Of a stretch of DNA of 64,000 nt, positions 51,735-63,952 are shown piece by piece (the first letter of the stretch is position 1; each line of letters starts with the position of its first letter). Origin of the DNA: Nemertoderma westbladi (Eukaryota > Animalia > Xenacoelomorpha); the NCBI GenBank assembly GCA_032718475.1, contig JAUCBJ010008735.1:1-64000 (forward strand), read 5' to 3'. The position numbers and the translations under genes were made by a program. The notes beneath the pieces are model-generated. The model had not been told where the DNA came from, ran no database searches, and saw only the letters and a program-made list of their open reading frames with translations.

Positions 51735-52660
51735 ATGGGGAAACACTGCATTGTTTTCGGTTGCAAGAGCAACTACAAATCTACTTCAGAATCTGTTGGC
51801 GTAATTAAACTTCCATCCGATTTCGCCAAGAGATACCAGTGCTTATGGATTAAGGCGTTACCACATCACTGTGACGAATTCAACCATCCTTATGTTTATA
51901 ACGCAAATAGTTATATAGTTTCGAAAATAGTTTCGAACAATAGCAGCATTGACGACTTCTGGCATTGACAACTTTGATGGTACTATATACATCGCACGTT
52001 TCGGAATTGGTGGAAGGTTGTTAATGTAAAATCAACGATCCTTATATGGAACTGGTCCGAACTGTGATCCATTGACTTGGTTGAATGACTTTGGCGAGTT
52101 ATAATCTATCCTATCTCCCGCAACTGGCCTCATCACATTCGAACCCTAACGCCCGACACTCAGTTGGCCATTGTTAGATCCACCTTCGGGTTTATATATC
52201 TATCCCAATACCTTCTAAAATGAGGGTTCAAATACGTTCAAATACGTTGTTATTCTAGGAACTCTCGAGACAGATTCTCTAGAAGGTGAGTTTGGCATTT
52301 ACCATTGAACCAGCACAGCAACATGTTCCTTTCTCATAAATATGTTTTATCTGGGTTTTATAGCTGCAGTATTAGAACACCGGCTCAGTTCGATGCGCTG
52401 CTCCACATAGAACATCAGCATCAATGCGAGTATTGCACTTCGGAAATCTCTGAGGATGCTCTTCAATCCATAGAATCATTGTAGGAGTTGGCTGAAAAAT
52501 CGACCATTGAATTGCGGCAGAGTCAACAGTTCTGGCCCAGTTGAACTTAACACTGAATTTCTCAACGAATTGTCGGGGGGGGGGGGGGGGGGGGGTGTTT
52601 GGTTGTGGGTGTTTTGCGACATTGTATTCTGGGTTACCGCGTATTCTGTATGACTTGAAA
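51735..52660 (+). pseudogene. THAP-domain / P-element-like transposase relic
   Basis: MGKHCIVFGCKSNY...KLP...LWIKALP THAP start; downstream WKVVNVK-type fragments; heavily deleted. Confidence 0.6.
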
Positions 52661-53194
52661 ATGCTTCGCCTCGGACAATAATGTGCTACAAGCACTTGTC
52701 AATGGTGACGTCACTAATTTTATCACATGCATAGAAAGCTATATTTAGAGTTGATATAAAACAATTATAAAAATTCATGGTTTATGTTTAGAGAATAGTT
52801 TGCCAATGGTAATGACATGTAATATATTGGGATTGGAAATAAATGAATACCAGCTGCATCAGTTTATTAATGGTCGACATACAGAACAGCATATCAAACA
52901 ATAATATGAACCAACAGACCAACGAACACACCCACCACCTTACAGCACATCAGTACAGCAGTACAGTAGGTACCGGTAACGGTTACAGTACCTACAGACC
53001 TAGAAGATAGGAAAGACTGAATACCGGAATACCAGAAGAGGACCGGTAGGTAAAAGACCAGTAGGTTGGATCTAACCACCACCAAGCCAGGGTCTACTAG
53101 AACCCTAACAATACATAATCTAACATCTCCCCCAAGAACAATGTAGGAGACATTTGTACTGAAAACAAAATCCAACCACCACCAATAGGTCAGT

Positions 53195-56100
53195 TCATTG
53201 AACTCCGAATCTTGCTGGTTGCTTGTGAGTTCTCGAACTGCGCCTGGGAAGATCATCAGCGAACTGTACCTGTTTTTGAGGCGTTATGTCACGAAGAGAA
53301 GAGTCCTCTGGGATGGAACGCAGATAACGACGATTTCTCCAATACACCCGACCATTGTCTAGTTCTATCCGGTAATCTCGCCTAGTACCACGGGAAAGGA
53401 CGATACCAGATTTGTTCCATAGTTTGGAATGTGCACTCTGGATGCAAACTCGGGAACCAATAGGAATCGGGGTTAAGTCGTGAGCATGATCATTATAATA
53501 TGATTCAGTTGCTGAAGACGTTGAAGGACCAGGGATAGGGAATGAATCACCTGCCAGTGTGGACGAATGAGCTGGTATAGTGGAGCGGAGGGATCTACCG
53601 AACAACAGTTGAGCTGGAGACATACCATGTTCTTTAGGAGTATTTCTCCATTCCAGCAAACCACGAACAAAGCAAGTAGAGTTTAGATCTCCTTTGACAT
53701 CTAACTTTTTTATCAATGATTTCATGGCCTTTACAGCCCCCTCTGCATGGCCATTAGACTGAGGATACTCAGGAGTAGAATACTCAGGGATGATATTCCA
53801 TTCGGATAAGAAATCATGATAACGTGCTGAATTAAATTGTGTACCACCATCAGAACGAAGGCGTTTTGGAATACCGAAATCTTTGAACCATCCTCGAAGA
53901 GCTGAAATAACTTGAGAGCTGGAAGGATCGGCACGCCAAGAATGAACGCATGGCCACCCAGAATATCTATCGACATAAACCAGGTATGACCAGGTGCTGA
54001 AGTAGAAAAGATCAGCAGAGCAATCCTCCATTGGAAGACATGGATGAGGGTCGCTTTGGAGAGACTCTTTAGGTAAACTTGGTTGATAAAGTTGACACTG
54101 GGGACAAGAATTGACTATGTTTGTAATATCGCTATTGATACCAGGCCAGAATACAGTTTGCCTAGCTCTCCTCTTAGAACGTTCAATGCCCTGATGAGCA
54201 TCATGAAGGTGCTTCAGGACATTCTTGCGGAGGGAAGATGGAATTACAATCCGGGAACCTAATAAAAGAAGATTATCTTCACAAGATAACTGATGTCGCA
54301 CATTCCAGAATGGGCGTATGTGCACAGAACATTGTGTGGATGTTGAGGGAAATCCAGAAATAACAGCATCCACCAAAGCCATGTAAGAAATATCATCCTT
54401 TGCAGATGATCGGATAGACTCAATATATGAATCCTTGAGATGACTTGGAGCATCAGAAACAACAATTGAGGTAGACACGTGACGAATGACTGCGGAAACA
54501 TGGTCATTGACATCTGTATCACAAAGAATATCCTCTGGAGTAGGATCCGAAACAGGGGCACGGGAAAGTGCGTCTGGAATCGAATCGATATCGGAAGTGA
54601 TATCGGAAGTGATATCGGAAGTGATATCGGAAATGATATCGGAAGTGATATCAGAAGTGATATCAGAAGTGATATCGGAAGTGATATCAGAAGTGATATC
54701 GGAAGTGATATCAGAAGTGATATCGGAAGTGATATCGGAAGTGATATCGGAAGTGATATCGGAAATGATATCGGAAGTGATATCGGAAGTGATATCGGAA
54801 GTGATATCAGAAGTGATATCGGAAGGATGGACCCAATCAGTTGGTTCGTTATCCAGAACTGGACAAATAATACCTTGTTCAACCATTTTCTCTAAGCGAG
54901 CTTTAGCCCAGTCTCTAATGGCTAAAGGAAGTTGCCTGGCTGTATGAATAGCATATGGTTGGGCATCATCTTTTAATGAAATGGTCATGGGTGGGCCATT
55001 CATTGGACAAAGTTTGTCATCTTGGTCAAAAACATCAGAATAAGCTTTTATGAGTTTCTGCTTAACAGTATCCCATTCTGAAGGCGAAGGTTCATCAGAA
55101 AGATGGAAGTCAACCTTGAATGATGTTGTTGGAATTGAGTTTTTAATACCAATTGGTGACATATTAGAAGAATTAGAAGAAGCAACAGACTGAATTTCTG
55201 CCGCTAGTTCTGGATATGAACTTGAAATAATTCCTAGGTTTTGACAAGTATACCCTGCCAAAAGAATTCCATTGACTTCTTCACAAATGCAGATAAGCTC
55301 ATCAGTTGAATATTCACCATAGGAAATTGTGGTGTGGAGGAGACCAATGCATGAAAGAAGACTACCATTAGCAGCAGAAAGATCATCATGGTCTGGAGGA
55401 AGTAAATTTTCTTTGTCAATAGAAAGGGCCTGAAGAAAATCTAAGCCGGCAACAGTGGCCTCAGCACCAGTATCTGGAGTTGCTTTGAGAGAACCGAATA
55501 AATGTCCTGTTGCGATATGACAGAAGTTCAGAAATACTTTTGGAGCTTGTCGATTATGGCTTCCAACCAAATTGAGGGTGATGCGGCTAATGGGTTTTGT
55601 CTTAGGTTTTGAAGATGAATTCGAATTATTTTGTTTAGACCGACAAACATTGGCAAAGTGGCCTTCCTTGCCACAATAAGAACAATCTTTGTTCCTTGCT
55701 GGACAGTCAGCGCGTTTATGGTCTGTTTTACCACAACCATAACAAACTATAGGGCCAGTAGTTGAAGAATTGTTTCTGGAATTGGATTTAGAAGAATTGT
55801 TGCGCCTGGAATTATAAGGCTTTTTGTTGTGAAAACGGGATTGTCGAGAAGCTTGGTTGATTGAAGGGTTTTTTAAATCCTGAACTCCAGCTTGGGCTGA
55901 TTCCTCAGACCTACAAAGATTTACAGCATCTTCAAGCGATGGAAATGGAGTCAATGCAAGAAGTTTAGATCTGGTGTCCTCGCAAGAAATACCAGACATA
56001 ATTCGAGTAGTCAACCGCCGATCGAAACAATGACGACATAGATCAGCATCTCGAGCAAGATCTTTAATAGCAACCAGGTAGCTATCAAAATTTACACTTT

Positions 56101-56647
56101 GACGTTGTTTCCTATTATCAAACTGAACACAATCAAGGGCTATATTCCGTTTACCACGAAAATAACTTTGAATACAATCTATTAACACCTGAACTGTTAA
56201 AGGATTATCATGTGTGTCAGGAGGAATTTCAATAACTTGTTCCAGTGTAGAGCGCATACCTATAGAAAGGTAACTCCTGAAAATACAGATTTGCATATCC
56301 CTAGCCATTCTATCCATCTGAAATGCAGAATAATAATCTGCCCAAACCGACTTCCAAGTTTCAAATTTTGCTAAACTGAAATCCGGTTCTAAAGCAATTG
56401 GAGCTTTAATTTGAAGATTACGAGGGGTTGAGTCAGCCTGATGAACTACAGGTTGATGTGGTTGACCAAGTAATTGTTGAAATTGATGGGCATTTTGGGC
56501 TTGGGATTGTGCTAAGGAATCAGGCAAATCGCGTTGTGATTTAACTAAAGCATGTAGAAGAGCTGAGGTGGGATCAGGATTACCACGACCAGCCAACTGT
56601 TCTCTTAAAACCTCCAGTTCGGTTTCGAGTTCAGCTTTAGTAGGCAT
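53195..56647 (-). CDS. Gag-protease-(SDIT)n-integrase polyprotein, 1150 aa, uninterrupted
   Basis: Zinc knuckles CYGCGKTDHKRADC / CSYCGKEGHFANVC, PDTGA protease, RT entry EPTDWVHP, then repeat, then IPDALSRAP, LHDAHQG..CPQC, RSDGG, SNGHAE. Confidence 0.9.
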   Translation of the reverse strand: MPTKAELETELEVLREQLAGRGNPDPTSALLHALVKSQRDLPDSLAQSQAQNAHQFQQLLGQPHQPVVHQADSTPRNLQIKAPIALEPDFSLAKFETWKSVWADYYSAFQMDRMARDMQICIFRSYLSIGMRSTLEQVIEIPPDTHDNPLTVQVLIDCIQSYFRGKRNIALDCVQFDNRKQRQSVNFDSYLVAIKDLARDADLCRHCFDRRLTTRIMSGISCEDTRSKLLALTPFPSLEDAVNLCRSEESAQAGVQDLKNPSINQASRQSRFHNKKPYNSRRNNSSKSNSRNNSSTTGPIVCYGCGKTDHKRADCPARNKDCSYCGKEGHFANVCRSKQNNSNSSSKPKTKPISRITLNLVGSHNRQAPKVFLNFCHIATGHLFGSLKATPDTGAEATVAGLDFLQALSIDKENLLPPDHDDLSAANGSLLSCIGLLHTTISYGEYSTDELICICEEVNGILLAGYTCQNLGIISSSYPELAAEIQSVASSNSSNMSPIGIKNSIPTTSFKVDFHLSDEPSPSEWDTVKQKLIKAYSDVFDQDDKLCPMNGPPMTISLKDDAQPYAIHTARQLPLAIRDWAKARLEKMVEQGIICPVLDNEPTDWVHPSDITSDITSDITSDITSDIISDITSDITSDITSDITSDITSDITSDITSDITSDITSDITSDIISDITSDITSDITSDIDSIPDALSRAPVSDPTPEDILCDTDVNDHVSAVIRHVSTSIVVSDAPSHLKDSYIESIRSSAKDDISYMALVDAVISGFPSTSTQCSVHIRPFWNVRHQLSCEDNLLLLGSRIVIPSSLRKNVLKHLHDAHQGIERSKRRARQTVFWPGINSDITNIVNSCPQCQLYQPSLPKESLQSDPHPCLPMEDCSADLFYFSTWSYLVYVDRYSGWPCVHSWRADPSSSQVISALRGWFKDFGIPKRLRSDGGTQFNSARYHDFLSEWNIIPEYSTPEYPQSNGHAEGAVKAMKSLIKKLDVKGDLNSTCFVRGLLEWRNTPKEHGMSPAQLLFGRSLRSTIPAHSSTLAGDSFPIPGPSTSSATESYYNDHAHDLTPIPIGSRVCIQSAHSKLWNKSGIVLSRGTRRDYRIELDNGRVYWRNRRYLRSIPEDSSLRDITPQKQVQFADDLPRRSSRTHKQPARFGVQ
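54586..54823. repeat. 12-bp minisatellite, ~20 copies, coding (SDIT)n
   Basis: gatatc[g/a]gaa[g/a]t units. Confidence 0.97.
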
Positions 56648-57817
56648 ATCTGACTGTTGAATAGTAGAGAAATTTCAGGAAATTAAATATCCGAAAAAAT
56701 TTGCAAAATCCGAAAAGAAAAAAATTTTGCAAAAATGTGCAAAACTTTTGCACGCAAATCAGCCAAAATCTGTAGTTATCGAATACTGGCAGACTGGAAT
56801 ACTGCCTGACTGCTGAATGTGAATAGGTACCGGTAGTTTCTAATTAGGCTAGCGGGCGTCGCTGCCTACCCCTCACGGCCCCCGGACAGTGCAAGGTCCT
56901 CAGCGCCGATGTACCGTCGTCGCTGTGTTTTTCGCCAACGATGTAGCTACACAACGACAACGATAACCGCGAGCCACTCCACTGTCCGTCCCAAGGGCTT
57001 AGTTTAGAAAAGTACTGGAGTAGGTACACCACCGGAAGTATAGGTAGGTAGCTAGGCCTAGATCAGAATCAGTAGAGGCGACCGGTAGAATAATATTGAA
57101 TTATCTGACCTGCTGAATGCGCTGGAATGTCCACCATTTGAATAGGGTTGTAGGAACATCAAGTACATCACTGCGCCATATTGGGATCGGAAATAAATGA
57201 ATACCAGCTGCATCAGTTTATTAATGGTCGACATACAGAACAGCATATCAAACAATAATATGAACCAATATTATAGTAGGTAGGTTGGATCTAACCACCA
57301 CCAAGCCAGGGTCTACTAGAACCCTAACAATACATAATCTAACATAATACATACCAGGACAGGACTAAATAAGTGTAGATTGTGCGCAGCTTACAAGTAT
57401 CTGCACTCAGATCGGGTTCTAGTGTGGCATCAGAGGAAAAGTGACATGCGTGCGATGAGCTGGGACCCATAGGGCCTACCAACCCATAGACCAACAACCC
57501 ACAGCAACTATAAATGGAATTAATTATGAAGAATTATGGGCATTATTACTCTCATACTATTCTCTATTAAAATATTGTTGGCCAGCTGGGACAGTCGAAA
57601 TGTTTTCTCTTTTATTGCTCCTGATTAAGCCACACTGATTGCCCAGAAACAGGCCAGCCTTCCAATGCACCATCATATTGAAGATTAAAAATATTATATC
57701 CTCTGAATAGCTCTCTATGCAATGACTGTGCAAAGTGGAAGTAACGACCTCTGTTATTTACTAAGGGAATAAAGAGTCTCTTGAATAGCTGGAATAAGGC
57801 CACTCTTAAAGTCTGGA

Positions 57818-59467
57818 TGACAGGGTATTGCCTGATAACTTTATAGAAGTAAAAGTGTCGGAGTCTACTCCCAGATATTCCCATTGGCGATATCGCCTTT
57901 GCAGAAGTGAAGGCTGCTGCAAAGAGCATTAAGACCAATCGTGCCAGTGGAGTAGATAGTGTTCCCCCTGAGGTCTTTAAAATACCTGAGTGTTTAAAGC
58001 TCATCTATCCCATCATAGTAGACATGTACCGAACAACAAGAGTCCCACAAGAAATGAAAACAAATAAGTTGGTGCCAGTTCCCAAGAAGGGCAACCTAAC
58101 ACTCTATGGTTCTTTTCGGGGAATCTCATTGATATCGATTGCTGCAAAGCTATACAATAGGATTCTATTAAATCGCATCAGGGATCCCATTGAGAGACTG
58201 CTCCGTGGAAATCAGAATGGGTTCCGTAAAGTTCATGGGACCATGGAGCCCATTTTGGCACTTAGAAGGATAATTGAAGAATTATCAAAAAAGAAAGACA
58301 GGCATCTGGCTGTTATCTTTGTTGACTTCTTCAAGGCCTTTGATTCAGTCTCTCGCTCACGTATGTTCAGCATACTTTCATTATATGGGATTCCTGATGA
58401 AATTATTGCAGCAATCAGATCAGTATACGATGGTTCGACAACATTTGTGTCTACTGTTGATGGTGACACAGAACCATTTGAAGTGTTATGGGGCGTCCTC
58501 CAAGGAGACACACTTGCACCATTCTTGTTCATTATTGTGGTTGACTATGTTCTACGCATGTCCTTAGATCATCATAATGATGATGGGGTGATGATAACTC
58601 CACCTACTGGCTCCCGAAGTCGAGGAAATCCTGCCAAGTACCTAACTGATCTAGACTTTGCTGATGACTTAGGAGTACTCTCAGAATCATTAGAGGGAGC
58701 CCAACGGCTCCTCAGCTCATTAGAACATGCTGCTTCTTTTTATTAACTCCAGAAAGACCAAAATTATGGCAGTTAACTTTGAAAGTCCTGAGCAAGTCTC
58801 TGATCGGATGAGCATAAGCTCAAAGGATGGTATGCTTGAGCATGTGGACGACTTCTCTTACCCGGGATCATGGATCCGGAAGTCAGGTGAGGACCTTCGA
58901 ATACGTAAGGGAAAGGCATGGGCAGCCTTGAATAGGCTTTCCAGGATTTGGAAGTCACCGAGAATTAATCGGAAACTTAAGGTCCGATTATTTAGAGCAG
59001 CAGTAGTTCCAGTACTCCTCTATGGGAGTCCATGCTGGGCTCTAACTGCTGAGGATACCAAATCTCTGGATGGCACATTCACAAGAATGCTACGCCGGGT
59101 TCATTGTGTCAAGTACAATGCACACATCTCCAACCAGACACTATATAACATTGGAGGTGTCTCATTGGTTCCCCCAAGCTTGACACTAGAACAAAATCGC
59201 CTCCGCTTTGCAGGACATTGCTTTCGCCGTGAGGACCAGCCAGTGTATAATCTTGTACTTTGGCAGCCTCATGGAGTGAATAAGCATGGTGGACAGCCCA
59301 TGACTTTCTTGAGACGCATCTTAAAGGACACAGGCCTTAAAGATGCGGATGATCTAGCAAATGTCATGGGTGATAGGGAGTTGTTGCGGTGCAATTTTGT
59401 TGACAAGCCAGCACAGCATTTCTAAAAATGCAGCTGCAATGCAGCATGCCGATCCTAGTAGTAGTAG
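57818..59467 (+). mobile_element. 5'-truncated RTE LINE (family B), frameshifted
   Basis: VPKKGNL, FVDFFKAFDS, GVLQGDTLAP, FADD; (TAG)n tail; 11-bp TSD taaagtctgga (57807-57817, 59468-59478). Confidence 0.93.
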
Positions 59468-60101
59468 TAAAGTCTGGAATTACAGTTTCGAGTGAATTTA
59501 TGTTCACTACATACATAGATAGATAAATAGAAACTAATACATTAACTTGATAAAATTATTAATGTATAGTAAGTATAGTCCAACATAAGACATAAAGGAT
59601 AACCCCCAAAGCTTTGCAGCTTATTTCCAAGGGCGTTCTTTATGTTACTTGGTTACCAATACAAACTAAACTAACTACTGTATATAGAATAATTATATAA
59701 TTTAATCTAAATAAGATACAAGAAATACAAAATTGATCATTATTACTAATTATTGCACATGCACCTATTTAATATTGAACTAAATACGCCCTACTGCTAT
59801 ATAAGAATTTGTACTGGTCTTGGAGATGGGATTTTACTGCAGACTTAACGGCATGTTCACTTTTAATATTTTTAATGTTATGGTAGGGAATACCAATTCT
59901 TTATTCCGTTAAAGAAAAAGGTTTCGCTTTCAAAGGATTTACAATTGGGAATATAGAAATTTGATGTGCTGGCTCTGGTGCTGTAGGAATGTGTATCACT
60001 CAGTTTGTTTGTGAGTGAGTTTGAGTGCATCCCAAGTGTCCCAAGTACAAGTGAAAACATAAGAACATAAGTTGCAGACACAAGTTGTCAGGCAATAAAA
60101 C

Positions 60102-60470
60102 CTACTACTACTTCTAGGATTGCCTTTCCCTTACGTATTCGAAGGTCCTCACCTGACTTCCGGATCCATGATCCCAGGTAACAGAAGTCGTCCACATGCT
60201 CAAGCATACCATCCTTTGAGCTTATGCTCATCCGATCAGAGACTTGCTGAGGACTTTCAAAGTTAACTGTCAGAATTTTGGTCTTTCTGGAGTTAATAAA
60301 AAGACCAACACTAGAAGCAGCATGTTCTAATGAGCTGAGGAGCCGTTGGGCTCCCTCTAATGATTCTGAGAGTACTCCTAAGTCATCAGCAAAGTCTAGA
60401 TCAGTTAGGTACTTGGCAGGATTTCCTCGACTTCTGGAGCCAGTAGGTGGAGTTATCATCACCCCATCAT
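60102..60470 (-). mobile_element. Internally deleted RTE family B fragment inside the CR1
   Basis: Reverse complement of ~58579-58918 joined directly to an atcctag(a)agtagtag tail. Confidence 0.88.
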
Positions 60471-62928
60471 ATTTGTTGTTATCTCTGATTTTCTTACCAA
60501 AAATAGTGCGCAATGCATAATTTTGCACTTTCTCAATTTTGTACAACAACTCCTTGGATCCATATTTGTCGTGGAGTGACACAAGTAGTTGACAGCAATA
60601 GTTGTGATATGGCATCGTAAGTGTTTTGTATAATTGCAATTTCGTTTTATTTGGTAATTGGCCTTTTATAGAACGTAAACAAGAAATACTAAGTGTCATT
60701 TTCTGAATTATTTTTTTAATATAATCGTCCCAATTTAGTTCACTGTCAATGATTACTCCAAGATATTTTACTGATTTTGACTGAGGTATAGATTCACTGC
60801 CACCAACATTTAGTTTTATTGTGGAGATTACATCCCTAAGTTGGGGGCCAATTTGTTTAGGTGACAATAGGAGAAATTCAGTTTTATCTGGATTCAGTTT
60901 TAATTGTGCATCATTAAATATCTTTGAATCTGAATAACAAGGGACTCCAACAATTTTGCTGCATGTTCTGGGTCTGAGTCTATTACATAAATTACTGTAT
61001 CATCGGCGTATTGTATTATTTGCTCATTTTTCATTAGCTCCGGAAATATTGTAGTCTGGCATTTAAAATATTATGATTTATTGAGTTAAATGCTTTGCTC
61101 AGATCCAAAAATGCTGCAGCAATGTATTTATTCTGATTCAAATGCTCCCGCCAATTTTCAGTTAAAAATGTAGCTGCATCCACCGTAGAAAAACCTTTGC
61201 GAAAGCCAAATTGCTTTGGATACAAAAGCTTATTATGTTTTACATACAGTAATATCTGTGAACACATTATTTTTTCCAAGACTTTGGCAAATGGTGAGGT
61301 TATTGCCACTGGCCTGTAGTTTACCGAATCACATGAATCACCTTTTTTATAGATAGGGGTAATATTAGATAATTTCAATTTATTTGGAAAAACAGATTTT
61401 GTTAAACATTGATTTATTATTATATTCAAAGGTTCTGTAATAAACGGCCTAATGTCCTTAATAATTTTAATTGGTATTTTGCAAGGGCCAGATGATTTAT
61501 CACCATTTAGATTCTCTAAAATTTTACTGACCTCTAATATACCTACACATTTAAATGAAAACTGTATTCGGTTTTCTTTTGCACCTTCTGGAATGGTGTA
61601 AGTACTAATGGCATTCGGCGTGCAATTAAAAAAGTTTCCCAAGCTTAAAAATGCTTCATTCATAGCATTAGACACCTGTTTTTCGCTTGTTACCAAGGTT
61701 CCCCTGTATTTAATACAATTGATTGAAGCACTTTTAATTTTATTGTTTATAATCTTATTGATCACTTTCCATCTCGATTTGCTGTCTTTAGCACTTAAGT
61801 ATTTTTCTTTTACATACTCATTTTTTAGTTTCCGGTTGAGATTATTAAATTTATTTCGCAATAACTTCGTTATCAGATTTTGTTCTGCGCCAAATTCCAA
61901 ATTGTTTAAACTTTTTTGACCGTAATTCATTTAGTTCATCCGTTGGCCAGTTATCTGATAATTTTGATCTGTCTGCTGTAACCAATTTTCGTTTTATAGG
62001 AGCATGTTTATTTAGTATTTCCTCTATATGCCGTTCAAAAATATCATATTGCTTATCGATATCAATCTCCATATAAATATCATTCCAAACAATACCTGAT
62101 ATCTCGTTTAAGAAATTTGTTTTATTAAACTTAGAAAAATCTCTATATTTCTATCCATTCCTTATTTGGCGATTTTAGCTTTTGGCTAAATTTGTGAGTT
62201 ATTGTGGTTACTGTATAGTCGTGATCTGAAAATTCACATAAAAATACGCTACTCTGTGTAATATAATTATTTTCTATGTTGGTTATTACTACGTCTAAAA
62301 GAGTTGATGTTTTGTTGTTTGTTCGTGTCGGTTTTGTTGTATTTGTAAGATACACAGAATACATATTTAATAGGTCCTTAAGAGATGACAGTCTGGCGTT
62401 ATTGGCCCCAGTTTGTCCCAGGATGTTTATATTAAGATCCCCCTGAATAATTAATTTCTTTTTGGGTTCCAAAATTAAGGCATTTTCAATTTCTTCCGAG
62501 AAACATTTGAAAAAGTTAGTATTTGATTTTGCTTTGGGTGGACGATATATAGTGCAGACTAAAATATCGTCAATTTCAACCCAGATAGATTCTAGAACCC
62601 CATTACATTTTATATCCGCCCTAACTCTACTGTTTAAATGCTGTGGAATATAAATTAATACTCCACCACCTTTCCTCCTTCGCCTATCTTGTCTGTAAAT
62701 CGTGTACCCAGGAATGAGTATGGCTTTATCACTAATTCTTCTTTTTAGCCATGTTTCTGTTACAGACAACACACAATTTTTTGAACCGCCTATCAAACTC
62801 CGTATCTCATCTATATTTTTAAACAGACTCCTGGCATTAATTTGGATAAAATTAAAATTGTTGCTGTTTGAACGGATATAAGAACTTAAATTAATATTTA
62901 TATCGTCAGTTGTTTTTTTTGCTACTAT

Positions 62929-63705
62929 TTATAGTAATACCTTTATTTTTAGGGGGCCTTTATGTTGATTAAACGCATATAACGTGAACCAGTTAACAGT
63001 TAATAATGTCGAACTAGTAGGAAATAAAAAGCTGGTCAATGTTGTAACCAACAGCATATTTATCATAAGTGCAACAAAAATATTTTGCGGGTTACAGATA
63101 TAATTAACTTTTGATGGCCACAACATGTGACCGATAAAAACAGCAATAGTAAATATTGTCGCTATACGCTGATTTGCTGATGGGAAATCCAGAAACTCTG
63201 CTGGAGCTGTCAATTGTCCACCAGATGAGAATATCCTAAAAATCTCCCCATGTACAAATATTATCAGTAAGATTCCTACTATGCATTTTGTAAACAGATA
63301 GTAAAGTTTATGAGTGCGGCATTTTTTCCTTCCCCTGCAAGTGTTATTTGCCTTTAATTTAAATTTATCCAACCAAATATTGGCCAGAATAGAAACCAAT
63401 GGGATTAAAAGCACACCGACGATGTTGAGTAAAATCAAGAAGACTATTACAAATAATATGTAAAGTAAAATACACGAGAATGTTGTTATCGGTTTACGTA
63501 AGTAAAAAACAAAGACAGTTGAAAATATAACTGCCTCCGTAAAGACTACTATCCATGTTTCCAATAGTATATAAACAAAGAAGTTTATATACAGTTTAGT
63601 TGTTACTAGAGTTGATAGCATTGGTAGGGGCCAGTTGGAAACCCCATAGAGAAATGCAAGCAGAGTTAGTGCTATTATTGTAATTAAGTTAAAATACATG
63701 GTCAT
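62929..63705 (-). CDS. Hydrophobic multi-TM-like ORF preceding the CR1 APE domain
   Basis: 258-aa ORF with several long hydrophobic stretches, located between the Pro-rich ORF1 tail and the APE; may be the ORF2 N-terminus. Confidence 0.45.
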   Translation of the reverse strand: MTMYFNLITIIALTLLAFLYGVSNWPLPMLSTLVTTKLYINFFVYILLETWIVVFTEAVIFSTVFVFYLRKPITTFSCILLYILFVIVFLILLNIVGVLLIPLVSILANIWLDKFKLKANNTCRGRKKCRTHKLYYLFTKCIVGILLIIFVHGEIFRIFSSGGQLTAPAEFLDFPSANQRIATIFTIAVFIGHMLWPSKVNYICNPQNIFVALMINMLLVTTLTSFLFPTSSTLLTVNWFTLYAFNQHKGPLKIKVLL

Positions 63706-63854
63706 TAATAAAATTGATAGACATTAGGCTTAAATGAGTGTGGCAGGTAGCATTGCTTGCTAGGCGTCAATAGCCTGCAGGAACTAAATAAGGGCTCCCA
63801 GCACACCTTTGGTAGCGGGTGTTGTTGCTACTGATGATGGTAGCATCTGAGTTG

Positions 63855-63952
63855 GAAGCGTCGGGTGTTGGGCTGGAAGGGTTGGGTGTTGGGGCGGAAG
63901 GGTCGGGTGTTAGGGTGGAAGGGTTGGGTGTTGGGGCGGAAGGGACGGGTGC
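63855..63952. repeat. 18-bp tandem repeat (codes PQHPTL-like on minus strand), ~5 copies
   Basis: ggaagggt[t/c]gggtgttgggg units. Confidence 0.85.

Larger units (their letters stand above)
52825..57344 (-). mobile_element. Non-autonomous Gypsy LTR element lacking RT/RNase H
   Basis: LTRs 57179-57344 (internally deleted) and 52825-53125; TSD TAATA (52820-52824, 57345-57349); PBS tggcgcagtgatg; PPT gggggaga. Confidence 0.92.

Noticed and set aside
54259-54947. Alternative-frame ORFs (ISLP)n, (DIGS)n, (ISEV)n
   Set aside because: By-products of the stop-free 12-bp repeat
62929-62990. 2A-like ribosome-skipping peptide before the CR1 APE
   Set aside because: Sequence reads QHKGP, lacking the D(V/I)ExNPGP consensus
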